A DNA stretch of 64,000 nucleotides from Candidatus Magasanikiibacteriota bacterium (GCA_041666745.1 JBAYGI010000004.1:3440-67439); one strand, 5' to 3'; positions 1 through 10,125 are shown, counted from the stretch's first letter. Notes: generated by a model not told the origin, from the sequence alone. Made by a program: numbers and translations.

Positions 1-11
1 ATAATATTGAA

Positions 12-773
12 GTGGCAAATAATTATAAAAATCTTTCTCCTTTATTAGCACAAGCATATCAAAAGTTTTGGGCCGAATATACAAGTCGTCAGGTAAAAGT
101 TGGTACGGGCTATTCTGATTTGATACCTCCTGGTGGAAAACTTGAGCTGAATACTTTCCAACCCAAAACTCATGTTGTATATTCTGACGCTAGGGGTGGT
201 ATGATATATGACCTTCCGAAGATTAGAGGTGTTGAGTCATTAGATGAAGCGGTTACTTTTGCGAATATTACAGAGCGAGATGCTGGGCTCGTTGCTAAGT
301 TGGAGGCTGTAATTTATCCACAAGGAATGACGCAGGGTAAAGCGCACATGGAAGATATTTTGCGAAAACAACGTGAATTGGAAGTGCCTGGCGCGGCGTC
401 AAGTTTTGTTATTAGATCAGGCAAAGAAGCGGCTGGTTATTTGCTTATATTGCCAGAGGAATCCGAAGTTGACGGTGGACAAGCTGCCCATGTGTATGAC
501 ATGGCCATTCTGCCAAGTTTCCAAGGAAAAGGATTAGCAAGAAAAATGATTGATCATGTCCTTGATATCGCGACAGCATATAATATGCCGATTGAAGCAG
601 AAGCGCGCGCCAGCACATCATACGCCATGTTAATGAATGAACGGGTGCGTCATTTATTTGAAAGCAGGGGATTTGTATTGACACACAATGAAAAAAAAGA
701 GAAATATTTGGGTGGTGAAGATTTTTATTTTGTGCGGTTTGAAAACAAAGGAGCGCCGGCGCAGGAAGAATAA
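12..773 (+). CDS. GNAT-family acetyltransferase
   Basis: C-terminal acetyl-CoA binding motif 'MAILPSFQGKGLARKMI' and 'FESRGF'; GTG start. Confidence 0.75.
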   Translation: MANNYKNLSPLLAQAYQKFWAEYTSRQVKVGTGYSDLIPPGGKLELNTFQPKTHVVYSDARGGMIYDLPKIRGVESLDEAVTFANITERDAGLVAKLEAVIYPQGMTQGKAHMEDILRKQRELEVPGAASSFVIRSGKEAAGYLLILPEESEVDGGQAAHVYDMAILPSFQGKGLARKMIDHVLDIATAYNMPIEAEARASTSYAMLMNERVRHLFESRGFVLTHNEKKEKYLGGEDFYFVRFENKGAPAQEE

Positions 774-777
774 ACAG

Positions 778-786
778 TGTGGATAA
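778..786 (-). promoter_or_regulatory. Isolated DnaA-box consensus (TTATCCACA)
   Basis: TGTGGATAA on + strand, intergenic; further single copies at 10671-10679 and 18051-18059. Confidence 0.35.
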
Positions 787-790
787 AAGT

Positions 791-820
791 TTGCCAAAAT
801 GCTTCGGGGGGGGGTAAAAT
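791..820 (+). promoter_or_regulatory. Putative sigma70 promoter with G9 tract in the spacer
   Basis: TTGCCA (791-796), 18-nt spacer ending in G9 (806-814), TAAAAT (815-820). Confidence 0.45.
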
Positions 821-891
821 AGAACTAAAGCGTACACAATCGATATAATTTATCAAAATCCTTTATTAAAAGGACTAATAAATAAAAATAT

Positions 892-1821
892 ATGGTAGGC
901 GACAAACACAATTCTATGGACGAAAGAAATTCACAACCACCTTCGTCTATCAAAGAAGGCGATAAAGAAAGATTAGACACAATAAAGGCGGAAATACTGA
1001 CAAAACAAAATGAAGTTAGGAATTTGCGTGAACAGTTTTTGGATAAAATCGGAGCGCGGTTTTGTGTGGTGGTTAGTCCAGCGAAAAATTTATTAGATTC
1101 TTGGCAAAACAATCCATTAAAGGATGAAGATATTTTCTGTGTTTTAAGTGTATGTCCAGATGAGAGAGATGAAAGAGGGGAATATAATAACGCAGGAAGA
1201 ATATGTTTGAATGCTGAACTTACAGGTTTAATTTATGAGGTGCACGATGGAGACGTCGAAGAAGGATCCAGTGAAAATTTATTAGATTTAGATAATCTTT
1301 TGCCTCCAGGGACAGAAATTAAATATAGTGAATATGGCAATGGAAATTTGTTAAGTATTCATCCTTCTGAAGAGGTGGCTAATAATTATGGACAGAGAAG
1401 GGCTAAAGAAATAAGACAAGAAGCCTCTGAATTAAAAGAACTAATAAATATTAGAGTTGCAAAATCAAAAGAAAATGCTACAAATTTGGCACAGAGAATA
1501 AATCATTTGATACCAAAAGAGGACATTAATAGAGAATCTTTTTTAGAAACTATCATAGATGCTGTTACTGGACATTATGTAGAAGATGAAAATCATCTTA
1601 CTATATTTATAGTTGAGACAGATAAAGTATTAAATGGTTTAAAAGAATATCATGAAGTAGATGATAAATTTATATTAGCCATTTCTTCGTTGTTAAAAGA
1701 ATATAAATTTTTGAGTGATAACAATTTTGATACTCTTATAGAGCAGAAAGATGAGGATTTTGAAAATGTTGTTTTATTACCTGAACTAAAAGAACAATTA
1801 GGGATGAGTAGATATTATTAG
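892..1821 (+). CDS. Hypothetical acidic protein
   Basis: 309-aa AT-rich ORF, no recognised motif, followed by a terminator. Confidence 0.7.
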   Translation: MVGDKHNSMDERNSQPPSSIKEGDKERLDTIKAEILTKQNEVRNLREQFLDKIGARFCVVVSPAKNLLDSWQNNPLKDEDIFCVLSVCPDERDERGEYNNAGRICLNAELTGLIYEVHDGDVEEGSSENLLDLDNLLPPGTEIKYSEYGNGNLLSIHPSEEVANNYGQRRAKEIRQEASELKELINIRVAKSKENATNLAQRINHLIPKEDINRESFLETIIDAVTGHYVEDENHLTIFIVETDKVLNGLKEYHEVDDKFILAISSLLKEYKFLSDNNFDTLIEQKDEDFENVVLLPELKEQLGMSRYY

Positions 1822-1849
1822 GTGAGAGAATGAGTATTACAGAGATATT

Positions 1850-1886
1850 AAAAAAACACCTTTGATATTTTCACAGGCGTTTTTTT
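1850..1886. terminator. Bidirectional intrinsic terminator
   Basis: A-tract, imperfect CACCT..AGGCG stem, T-tract, between convergent genes. Confidence 0.55.
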
Positions 1887-1899
1887 ATTTAAATTTATT

Positions 1900-2958
1900 T
1901 TATTCGTTGTTATTGTCCAAATCCTTTTTGTAGTATTCATCATACATCTCCCAAAACGCAATTGCCAGCGAGGCGATGATCGGTCCGATAATGAACCCAG
2001 AAATTCCAAATACGGCTATACCACCAAGTGTGGCGAATAATACCATCAGCGGATGTAGCTCTGAATCTTTGCCCACCAAAATAGGGCGGATGAGATTGTC
2101 GATTGTTCCAATTACCAACGTACCAAACAAAATCATACAAATACCGATGGTGATGTGTCCGGTTATCAACATGATGATCGCGGCCGGTAGCCAGACAAAA
2201 TAACACCCAATCCCTGGGATAGTGGCTAGTAGCACCATCAACAATCCCCAAATCAGAGCGCCCTGTATTCCAGCCAAAGCAAACATGCCCCAACCAAGTC
2301 CACCTTGAACCAAGCCGATGATCACACTTCCTTTGATCGTGGCTCGTACGGTAGAGGTGAATTTTTTGTAGAGTATTGTTTCATAGCGATCTCCCAATGG
2401 CATTAGATGCATTATTGTTTTTAAAAACTTTTCGCCATCGCGAATAAAGAAAAACAAAGCATAAAGCATGATAAAGAACATCACCGCGAAAATCACTGAA
2501 TTTTGAGTGATTGTTTTGGCGCTATCTAGCAAAAAGCTAGTAATAGACTGATACAGCTCAACCACTTTTTGTGTCAAAAATGATTGATCAATATTGAATT
2601 GAGCGGTATATGGATTTTGTTTTACCCATTGGAGTGTTTGCTGGATGCTATTGTTGATGTCGCCACTCTTGTTGGATGCTGTACTATAAAGATTCAGCGC
2701 TTCTTTTATTACCAACGTACTAAGCCCGATCATCGGCAATACTATAATAGTGAAGATCAAAACCAATATTATTGTAGAACTGAGATTTGGTACCTTTATT
2801 TTTCCATTGAGCCATTTGTACAATGGATAAAAAATACCCGCTAGAATTGCCGCCCAAAATATTGGGTAAAAAAATGGCTTCATTATGGCAAAAAAAGCGG
2901 TGGTCACTATTGCCAGTAAAATAAAAAATATAAAATGACGCATTTTGGAAAAATCCAT
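1900..2958 (-). CDS. AI-2E family (PerM/TqsA-like) transporter
   Basis: Multi-TM; motifs 'IDNLIRPILVG', 'HPLMVLFATLGG', 'GFIIGPII'. Confidence 0.92.
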   Translation of the reverse strand: MDFSKMRHFIFFILLAIVTTAFFAIMKPFFYPIFWAAILAGIFYPLYKWLNGKIKVPNLSSTIILVLIFTIIVLPMIGLSTLVIKEALNLYSTASNKSGDINNSIQQTLQWVKQNPYTAQFNIDQSFLTQKVVELYQSITSFLLDSAKTITQNSVIFAVMFFIMLYALFFFIRDGEKFLKTIMHLMPLGDRYETILYKKFTSTVRATIKGSVIIGLVQGGLGWGMFALAGIQGALIWGLLMVLLATIPGIGCYFVWLPAAIIMLITGHITIGICMILFGTLVIGTIDNLIRPILVGKDSELHPLMVLFATLGGIAVFGISGFIIGPIIASLAIAFWEMYDEYYKKDLDNNNE

Positions 2959-3010
2959 ATAATTTGATTTATGTTTATGTGTTATATTTTACCAGAAAAA
3001 ACCAATTAGT

Positions 3011-4423
3011 TCAATTTTTGATTCGAACAATTTCTTTGATGGTTTCTTTGGAAATTACTTGAAATAATAAAATAAAGACAATATAGACTGTCCCGCCAAG
3101 CAAAATCGACAGCACAACATTTGGTAATTGGAAGTGTTGGATGAAAAAATACATAATAAATCCGGATAACAAAATTTTGGCCAGCGATTTTATACGAGGT
3201 AAAAAATCGGTGTGGTAAAAAACCAAAAACATCAGCATCGCGCCGGCATAAATTTCTGAAAAAATAGTTACTCCGGCCGCTCCATAGATTCCAAAACGGG
3301 GAATAAAAATAAAATAACCGACAAGACTTAAAATGGCATCGGATAAATAAATCCAGATAGCTTGCTTTTGTTTGTTGATAGCTAGCGCGGTATAGCCAAA
3401 GACGATTCCCATGCATATTCCCAAAATTGTCCAGCTTAGCCAGGTTAAAATTTTCCCCGATCCGACAAATTCCTGTCCGCCAACCAGTTGCATAATCGGC
3501 TCGGCCAAAGTATAAGCGCCAATCATCATCGGAATTAGTAGTAGAGCCATGAGATCAAAAGACATTTGAAGATGTTTTTTGAATTCAACGTGTTGGGCGC
3601 GAGAATAAAAATACGCTAACAGCGGTGACATAATACCCATAGTGAGCGCGGCTGTTTGTACGATCACATCCAACACCCGATAAGCGGCGCCATAAAAACC
3701 AACCTGAATTTGCGAGCTATAAAGAGGTAAAATCACGCGATCTCCTTGTAAATAAAAAGAATTGAAGATGATACACAGGGCGGTCGGATATATTTTTTGA
3801 AAAATTGCTTGAAAAATTTCACGATCAAAAGTGAACTTAATTTTTGGCATTTTATAAAACAAATATATCGCGTTTACCACCGAGGCGCTGGTCAAGATAA
3901 TCATGAACGGTAAAAAGGCGGCGTTGTGTCTTATTAACAAAATTACTCCGAACAATAAAACGATTCGGCCGATCAATTCGCCGGCGGTAATAATTTGAGT
4001 TTTGAGTTGTTGTTGAAAATATCCGGAAAATACTTGGTTGATGCTAATGGCAAAAAAGGAAATAGAAGTAATCGCCACCGCGATTTTTACTTCAACTGGA
4101 TAGGGGAAGAATAAAAATAACAGAGGGGCTAATCCTTGGAATAAGACGGCGGAAAAAAATCTCAAGGTAAATAAATTGTTTAATAATTTTTCTTTATCAA
4201 ATTTTGGTTCGGCCAGCATATTGGCGGTCGTGATAGCAAAACCAAAATCACTGAAAATGCCGACAAATTGCAAAAAGCCAATCGCGGTAGTGTACCAACC
4301 GAATTTTTCGGCTCCCAAACTGCGGATAATCAAAAAAATTGTCAGCAACCCCAAAATAGTACTGACCACTTTGCCGATTAACTGCACGATAGTATTGTGG
4401 GCGATTTGTCTTTTGATAGTCAT
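3011..4423 (-). CDS. Polysaccharide flippase (Wzx/RfbX-like, MOP superfamily)
   Basis: About 14 TM; 'RSLGAEKFGWY..FSDFGF', 'VGFYGAAYRV', 'IPRFGIYGAA'. Confidence 0.88.
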   Translation of the reverse strand: MTIKRQIAHNTIVQLIGKVVSTILGLLTIFLIIRSLGAEKFGWYTTAIGFLQFVGIFSDFGFAITTANMLAEPKFDKEKLLNNLFTLRFFSAVLFQGLAPLLFLFFPYPVEVKIAVAITSISFFAISINQVFSGYFQQQLKTQIITAGELIGRIVLLFGVILLIRHNAAFLPFMIILTSASVVNAIYLFYKMPKIKFTFDREIFQAIFQKIYPTALCIIFNSFYLQGDRVILPLYSSQIQVGFYGAAYRVLDVIVQTAALTMGIMSPLLAYFYSRAQHVEFKKHLQMSFDLMALLLIPMMIGAYTLAEPIMQLVGGQEFVGSGKILTWLSWTILGICMGIVFGYTALAINKQKQAIWIYLSDAILSLVGYFIFIPRFGIYGAAGVTIFSEIYAGAMLMFLVFYHTDFLPRIKSLAKILLSGFIMYFFIQHFQLPNVVLSILLGGTVYIVFILLFQVISKETIKEIVRIKN

Positions 4424-4487
4424 AAAATTTCGTATTTAGTATAGCACGCGTTGCCCCTGTTTACAATTGATGATATAATAAATTTCT

Positions 4488-5450
4488 ATGAAAAAATATC
4501 TTTTAGTTTTGTTTTTTAGCTTGATTTTAGCTTTGCCGGTACGGGCGGAAGAAATTTTGGCTACCAGTAGCCTTGAACGGGAACTGGTCGAAATGCCGTC
4601 AATTCGGGTGGGTTTGTTGAAAACCAAAGATCCGATAAAGTTTAAGTCGGAGATTGATTATGAAATATATAGTGGCGATGAGGTGGTTGGGCTATTGTCG
4701 GCAGGCGAGGAGGCGAAAATTAGTTATAAAAATGGTAAATATTTTTTGACTAGCGATAGTTTTGATTTGGAAAGTGAAACTTTTTGGCGTTTGAAACCGA
4801 CTGAAGACAGCAGTGTGTTTGAATTACCCGGATGTAAACGAACGATTACCGGTCGTAAACTGGATTTTTGCGCTTATCGCGGGGTATTGGAATATCGTTA
4901 TGGGAAAACTAGCAAGATGCCGTATTTAATAAACGAACTACCGCTCGAGGATTATATGAAGGGTATCGCTGAGACGGACAACAATTCGGCCGAAGGATAT
5001 ATCAAAGCGGTGTTGGTAGCGGCGCGCAGTTATGCTTATAAAAACATAAGTTTTAGTCCGCCAACTGAAAAAAGACTGTTTGATGTCTTTGCTTCTACTG
5101 TTGATCAACTTTATTTGGGCTATAATTCCGAAAAGCAAATGCCTAGGGTAGCGCAATTTGCCCAAGAAACAGCCGGGGAAATGGTGACATACAATGGTAA
5201 TGTAGTGACAACACCATATTTCAGTCGAAGTAATGGCAAAACCAAAACCTGGAAAAACAGTCAAGGAAAAAATGATCGACCGTGGTTGGTGAGTGTGGAG
5301 TGTCAATATGATAAAAAGAAAAAACAGTTGGGGCACGGTATTGGTATGAGCACACATGACGCGCTAATGCGGGCGACAAAAGATGGCTGGGATTATATAC
5401 AACTGCTAAAACTTTATTATTCGGATACGGAAGTGGAAAAGGTATATTAA
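4488..5450 (+). CDS. SpoIID/LytB domain protein (secreted, lytic transglycosylase-like)
   Basis: Signal peptide; 'INELPLEDYMKGIAE', 'VAARSYA', 'DQLYLG', 'GHGIGMS', 'LKLYY'. Confidence 0.9.
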   Translation: MKKYLLVLFFSLILALPVRAEEILATSSLERELVEMPSIRVGLLKTKDPIKFKSEIDYEIYSGDEVVGLLSAGEEAKISYKNGKYFLTSDSFDLESETFWRLKPTEDSSVFELPGCKRTITGRKLDFCAYRGVLEYRYGKTSKMPYLINELPLEDYMKGIAETDNNSAEGYIKAVLVAARSYAYKNISFSPPTEKRLFDVFASTVDQLYLGYNSEKQMPRVAQFAQETAGEMVTYNGNVVTTPYFSRSNGKTKTWKNSQGKNDRPWLVSVECQYDKKKKQLGHGIGMSTHDALMRATKDGWDYIQLLKLYYSDTEVEKVY

Positions 5451-5463
5451 AATTAAAAAAAAT

Positions 5464-5649
5464 ATGGAAAGCTATATTTCGTTGGTAAATAAGGGTGCTA
5501 GACTTACCTTGGTGTGTCGTTCCATGCAAATATTTACTATTACTGAGCCGGAAGTAGATCAGGATGATTCAAACTGGGAGACGGTAGTAGATTTTACCAA
5601 AATTAAACATGGTGGTGTAAATATAAAAGATGTCTTGAAACGAAATTAG
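5464..5649 (+). CDS. Small Phd/YefM-like protein, probably N-terminally truncated
   Basis: 'WETVVDFTKIKHGGV' C-terminus recalled from a CPR small antitoxin-like family; no toxin partner adjacent. Confidence 0.4.
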   Translation: MESYISLVNKGARLTLVCRSMQIFTITEPEVDQDDSNWETVVDFTKIKHGGVNIKDVLKRN

Positions 5650-5667
5650 TTGTATTGTAGAATAAAA

Positions 5668-6408
5668 TTATAACAGTTCCCATATTATGTTAAAAGTATT
5701 CATCATCAAAGAACTCACTAGTTCATTTTTAATAAGAGTGCCACCGAATGGTTTTTGAAAAGTTATAAAAGCAATTTGAGATTTTGTAATAATCACTCCA
5801 GCATCAAATTTTATATTAGTAGGTAGGAATTTAATTTTATTATTGAAATTTTTTTCAAATTTTTTAAAATGGTCGGCAGTTTTTGAAGGAACTGTTATAA
5901 TTTTTAAATCTAAATTTAGTCGTGCTCTTTTTTGAGCTACCTGTTCAGCAAAATTTTTATCCATGTCAATAAATTTTTGCGAATCAGAAATAATGTAATG
6001 CGGATCTTTGAGATGTGTGTCAGTTAGTAAGTTATTATAAATCGCTTTTATACCAACAAGACCTTGATAATAGGTTATATTATTTGATGTATCTGTATGT
6101 TTAGTGACATCCAGTAATTCTGGCAGTTGTTTGTCAAAAAAATTTAATAGGGTTTCTGTCGTTGAGCGTAAATACTCAGGACTTTGAGCTTTAAATACAT
6201 TTTTAAAACCGCATGTTTCTTGAAACACCAACCCCTTCTTCTGCAATTCACGAAGCACAGGATATACAGTGGTGCGTTTTATACCGGAGAAATCACTAAT
6301 TTTGGATATCTTACTCGCATCTGATGATAATAAAGCAAAATAAACTAAGGCCTCTTTTTCGTTTAAGCCCATTTTTTGGAACAGATCAATGATTTGTTTT
6401 TTGTCCAT
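5668..6408 (-). CDS. TrmB-family transcriptional regulator
   Basis: 'GLNEKEALVYFALL..ISDFSGIKRTTVYPVLRELQKKGLV' wHTH plus 'ITYYQGLVGIKAIY' effector domain. Confidence 0.9.
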   Translation of the reverse strand: MDKKQIIDLFQKMGLNEKEALVYFALLSSDASKISKISDFSGIKRTTVYPVLRELQKKGLVFQETCGFKNVFKAQSPEYLRSTTETLLNFFDKQLPELLDVTKHTDTSNNITYYQGLVGIKAIYNNLLTDTHLKDPHYIISDSQKFIDMDKNFAEQVAQKRARLNLDLKIITVPSKTADHFKKFEKNFNNKIKFLPTNIKFDAGVIITKSQIAFITFQKPFGGTLIKNELVSSLMMNTFNIIWELL

Positions 6409-6471
6409 AGTGATTGTGACATTATTGTTGACAACAATTTATAGTGTAATGTTAGCCGTAATAACAATATT

Positions 6472-6522
6472 ATCATACCACTTGTTAACATATTTGTCAA
6501 ATATTGTTGTTCACGATATTAT
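6472..6522. promoter_or_regulatory. Back-to-back sigma70 promoters with overlapping -35 hexamers
   Basis: - strand TTGACA-17-TATGAT (TG extension) toward TrmB; + strand TTGTCA(6494)-17-TATTAT(6517) toward the phosphatase gene. Confidence 0.65.
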
Positions 6523-6566
6523 GTGTGTACTGCACAATCATGTGTAGATCAATCAGGGAGGGTGTC

Positions 6567-7154
6567 ATGTTGGCACTCATTCGACACAGCGCCTATTATG
6601 TTGGCGCACAGCAGGCCCAAGTTGGGTGTTCGGACGAAGCATACGCATCGGCACGATATGCGTACGACATGTTCACCCAGCCACTGACCGTAAACGGCGT
6701 CAAGCTGGCCATTCAGTGGGGAGTCGGAAGGACGTATTCCGCCGTGTATGCCTCGCCGGCAATTCGCGCAATTCAGACGGCTGCGGCGGCCGTGGGCGTG
6801 GAGGAAACGAGCGTAATCGTAGATCCGCACTTGTTCTACACTCCGGGTTGTGGTGCGCGTGAGAAGGCGATGAAAGCCCTCTTCATGCGTCAGGGGTACA
6901 ACCCCCCGAGCGCATGGTACTTGGATCAAAATCAGGATGACGTACGGGAGTTCATGGCGGCAGTGGACGATCTCACCATGCTCGTCATCCAGTTGTCTGT
7001 GCGCGACGAGCAGATCCTAGCTGTCTCACATTCTGTCTTTTTGGGGGCTGTTTGTGCGAAACTGACGAACGCCCCAAAAGACTGTCTCAACAAGACGTTC
7101 GGTGTTTGTGAGGGGTTCCTTGCAGATAACGGCGTCTTCAAGGGCTATGTCTAG
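6567..7154 (+). CDS. Histidine phosphatase superfamily protein (PGM/SixA-like); GC-richer cassette A
   Basis: 'LIRHS', 'VYASPAIRAIQTA', 'LAVSH' motifs; start moved to ATG 6567 behind a GGAGG SD. Confidence 0.78.
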   Translation: MLALIRHSAYYVGAQQAQVGCSDEAYASARYAYDMFTQPLTVNGVKLAIQWGVGRTYSAVYASPAIRAIQTAAAAVGVEETSVIVDPHLFYTPGCGAREKAMKALFMRQGYNPPSAWYLDQNQDDVREFMAAVDDLTMLVIQLSVRDEQILAVSHSVFLGAVCAKLTNAPKDCLNKTFGVCEGFLADNGVFKGYV

Positions 7155-7162
7155 GAGGTAAA

Positions 7163-7200
7163 TGGGGGGGGGTGATCAACCATGTGATTACCCCCCCCCA
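7163..7200. terminator. Strong G9/C9 hairpin after cassette A
   Basis: T-G9-TGATCA / TGATTA-C9-A, 16-bp stem with 6-nt loop; no clean U-tract. Confidence 0.5.
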
Positions 7201-7224
7201 GCCTATTCCTTTATTAAAATATTT

Positions 7225-8259
7225 ATGTTGCGAGAAATTAAAAATAAAAAAATTTTAAAAATAAATTGGGAACATATATTTACAAGAAACGCGCCACTTT
7301 TAATGGTTGATTTTCATCGACAGGCGTTTTTTTATGCTACACATAAATGGTTGTCAGACGCAGTGCTGTTTATAAAATATGAGTCAGACAAACAGGGCAA
7401 TATGAGACTGCATTATGAGGCCGGTTGGCGAAAAAGAATTAAACAACAAATAATTAAAACAAATAATTTAGAAAGAGAAAGAATTATAAATGATATTTTT
7501 AGTTGTTTGGACAAAGCAAGACTCAATTTAATTGACACAATACAGACAAATCAAAAATCGGCAAAAGTAGGAATTTTTATTAAGAAATGCACTGATCAAA
7601 TAATTGAATATAATGCGGCCTATTTAATTATTTTTATTTATTTTAATATACTATACGAGGTTGACAAAAAATTATTTTTGAAATACAAAAAATCCATTGA
7701 AACAGCAAGAAATGCACGAGCGTTATTTAAAGATGTCGAAGCATTTTTTGTTTCTTTTTTTAAAGATAATAATTATAGCAATCCAGACGTTGTACTTTGG
7801 TTGCTGTGCGACGAAGTTATGCGACTGCTGACCGGAAGTATTAAATTGGATATTGATATGCTTACAAAAAGACGAAGCAAATATTGTATGATTTGTTCTA
7901 AACACAAGATTCACCACTTTGAATATGGAAAAAACTTAGAACTTATAGGAGAGGCGACGTATAAAAATGGCGTAGTATACGGTTTTGTGAAGAAAATATT
8001 ATCTTTGGAAGACTTGAATAAAATTAATCACCCAGACGATATAGTGGTGTCTTATATGACTAGCACGTGGCATTTTCCAGTATTAAATAAAGCTAAAGCA
8101 ATATTAACCGAAGAAGGCGGAATTTTAAGTCATGCAGCAATTATTAGTAGAGAGCTAAAAATACCTTGCCTAATTAATGTTAAAGAAATTATTAAACACA
8201 CCGAAGATGGTGACTATGTTAAGATTGATACAGAAAATGAGACCGTTGAAATTTTTTAA
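7225..8259 (+). CDS. PEP-utilising enzyme mobile (swivel phosphohistidine) domain protein
   Basis: C-terminal 'TEEGGILSHAAIISRELKIPC..DGDYVKID'; no ATP-grasp domain; start ATG 7225 preferred over 7162. Confidence 0.85.
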   Translation: MLREIKNKKILKINWEHIFTRNAPLLMVDFHRQAFFYATHKWLSDAVLFIKYESDKQGNMRLHYEAGWRKRIKQQIIKTNNLERERIINDIFSCLDKARLNLIDTIQTNQKSAKVGIFIKKCTDQIIEYNAAYLIIFIYFNILYEVDKKLFLKYKKSIETARNARALFKDVEAFFVSFFKDNNYSNPDVVLWLLCDEVMRLLTGSIKLDIDMLTKRRSKYCMICSKHKIHHFEYGKNLELIGEATYKNGVVYGFVKKILSLEDLNKINHPDDIVVSYMTSTWHFPVLNKAKAILTEEGGILSHAAIISRELKIPCLINVKEIIKHTEDGDYVKIDTENETVEIF

Positions 8260-8276
8260 AGCCCGACTTTTTATAA

Positions 8277-8816
8277 TTATTTCCCGCTATGAAATTTTTT
8301 GTCTTCCGAAGATAGTTCGATAATTACTTCGCGTATTTTATCCGGACGGTGGACGTTGTGGATGATAAATTTTGGAATTGGACCGGCGGTTTGAAGATAA
8401 ACATCGCCGTAATTAAAAATGGTTGGAAAGAAGCCGTGCACTTCCGAAGAAACATCTTGAATCTGATAGAGATCTACCTCAGCCACAGTGCGGGCAAACA
8501 ATGAAATTTGACGAATGTCCACCAAGCGATCGTTGGTAATAATCCAAGCGTCCAAATAAAATTCTACAAAAAAAGAATAGAAAAATAAAAATGTTGATAA
8601 ATAATAAGCACTGGCAAAAAGTATTATGAGCGGAAAGGTAACCGGGTTTTGCATGGTATTTACAAAGGCGGTAGAAAATAGCCAATACACAACTATCGGT
8701 ATTAACAGTATGATTATAAAAATCATCAGGTATGGAAAAAAGGTGATCCCATGTCGTCTTAATGTATATATTATTTTTTCGTAACTTTTAATTTTTACTA
8801 CAGAATCTAAGCTCAT
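8277..8816 (-). CDS. Membrane protein with bacterial PH domain
   Basis: Two TM, then 'WIITNDRLVDI..IQDVS..FNYGDVYLQTAG'. Confidence 0.8.
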   Translation of the reverse strand: MSLDSVVKIKSYEKIIYTLRRHGITFFPYLMIFIIILLIPIVVYWLFSTAFVNTMQNPVTFPLIILFASAYYLSTFLFFYSFFVEFYLDAWIITNDRLVDIRQISLFARTVAEVDLYQIQDVSSEVHGFFPTIFNYGDVYLQTAGPIPKFIIHNVHRPDKIREVIIELSSEDKKFHSGK

Positions 8817-8819
8817 ATT

Positions 8820-9089
8820 CTAAAAATTAGAAGGATTTAAAATGTTGGAAATCCAATTGTTATTCCAAAGAGTCAGTGGTTGTGTCCAGTCGGTTCCGCT
8901 TAGGAAAACAAAGGTAAAATACAAAGTGGTGATGGCCAGAACAATCACGAGGAAGGTAATCAAAAAACTTATCACAGTTAATGCGCCGTTGCGAAATAAA
9001 TGTGAAAGGTTTACGTAAGAAAAAAGAAATATTACCGCCAAATAAGCCAGATAAATAAAGAGAATAATATACAGTGGAATTGTTACCAT
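8820..9089 (-). CDS. Small two-TM hypothetical membrane protein
   Basis: Tightly packed between ruvB and the PH-domain gene; likely start MVTIPLY at 9089. Confidence 0.65.
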   Translation of the reverse strand: MVTIPLYIILFIYLAYLAVIFLFSYVNLSHLFRNGALTVISFLITFLVIVLAITTLYFTFVFLSGTDWTQPLTLWNNNWISNILNPSNF

Positions 9090-9093
9090 AAAA

Positions 9094-10125
9094 TTATAAT
9101 AATGTTTGATTTTTAATTTGTTCAAAACCCAAATGCGCGTAAGCGGCCGGCGTGGCTTTGCGACCGCGCGGAGTGCGTTCTAAAAATCCGATTTGTAATA
9201 AAAATGGTTCATAAATATCTTCGATAGTTTCCATTTCTTCAGCCACTGCCGCGGCCAAAGTGTTTAATCCGACTGGACCGCCATTGAATTTTTCAATCAT
9301 GGTAGTGAGCAACAAGCGGTCGATTTCATCCAACCCAAATTCATCTATCGCGAGCATTGCCATCGTGTCACTAACAATTTTTTTATCTATTGATTCCTGA
9401 TTTTTTACTTGAGCAAAATCTCGAGCGCGTTTTAATAAACGATTGGCAATACGTGGAGTGCGACGAGCGCGTTGGGCAATTAATTTTGAGCCGTCAGGTT
9501 CTAATTTTGTTTTTAATAAAACCGCGTTGCGATTTACAATAGTTTCGATATCGCTGTGTTCGTAAAAATTTAGATGAAAAACATGTCCAAAGCGATCACG
9601 TAGTGGTCCCGGTAGTAAACTCATTTTGGTAGTAGCGCCAATCAGAGTAAATTTTTCAAGTGGCATACGAAGAGTGCGCGCGGCCGGTCCTTGGCCGATA
9701 ATAATATCGAGCGCGTAATCTTCCAAAGCCGGGTAGAGTACTTCGGCGATAGTTTTGTTGATGCGGTGAATTTCGTCAATAAATAAAATATCACCACGTT
9801 GTAAATTGGAAAGAATCGCGGCGAGGTCACCAACTTTTTCCAAAATCGGTCCGGAAGTTACTTTGATATTGCCACCCATTTCTCTGGCGATGATATGGGC
9901 GAGGGTGGTTTTGCCCAATCCGGGATTGCCATACAACAAAATATGTTCCAAAACATCATTGCGTGCTTTGGCGGCGGAAATGGAGACGTCAAGATTTTTT
10001 TTAATTTGTGTTTGACCGACAAAATCCGTTAAAAGTTCCGGTCGCAAAGTAACTTCGAGCACTCTTTCCTCTCCGTCACTTTCTGAAGCCACTAATCTGT
10101 TTTCTGTTTGATTTTCTTCTATCAT
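9094..10125 (-). CDS. ruvB: Holliday junction branch migration helicase RuvB
   Basis: 'LRP..DFVGQ', Walker A 'GNPGLGKTTLA', 'FIDEIHR', 'IGATT', 'ERTPRGR'; start MIEENQ at 10125. Confidence 0.97.
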   Translation of the reverse strand: MIEENQTENRLVASESDGEERVLEVTLRPELLTDFVGQTQIKKNLDVSISAAKARNDVLEHILLYGNPGLGKTTLAHIIAREMGGNIKVTSGPILEKVGDLAAILSNLQRGDILFIDEIHRINKTIAEVLYPALEDYALDIIIGQGPAARTLRMPLEKFTLIGATTKMSLLPGPLRDRFGHVFHLNFYEHSDIETIVNRNAVLLKTKLEPDGSKLIAQRARRTPRIANRLLKRARDFAQVKNQESIDKKIVSDTMAMLAIDEFGLDEIDRLLLTTMIEKFNGGPVGLNTLAAAVAEEMETIEDIYEPFLLQIGFLERTPRGRKATPAAYAHLGFEQIKNQTLL

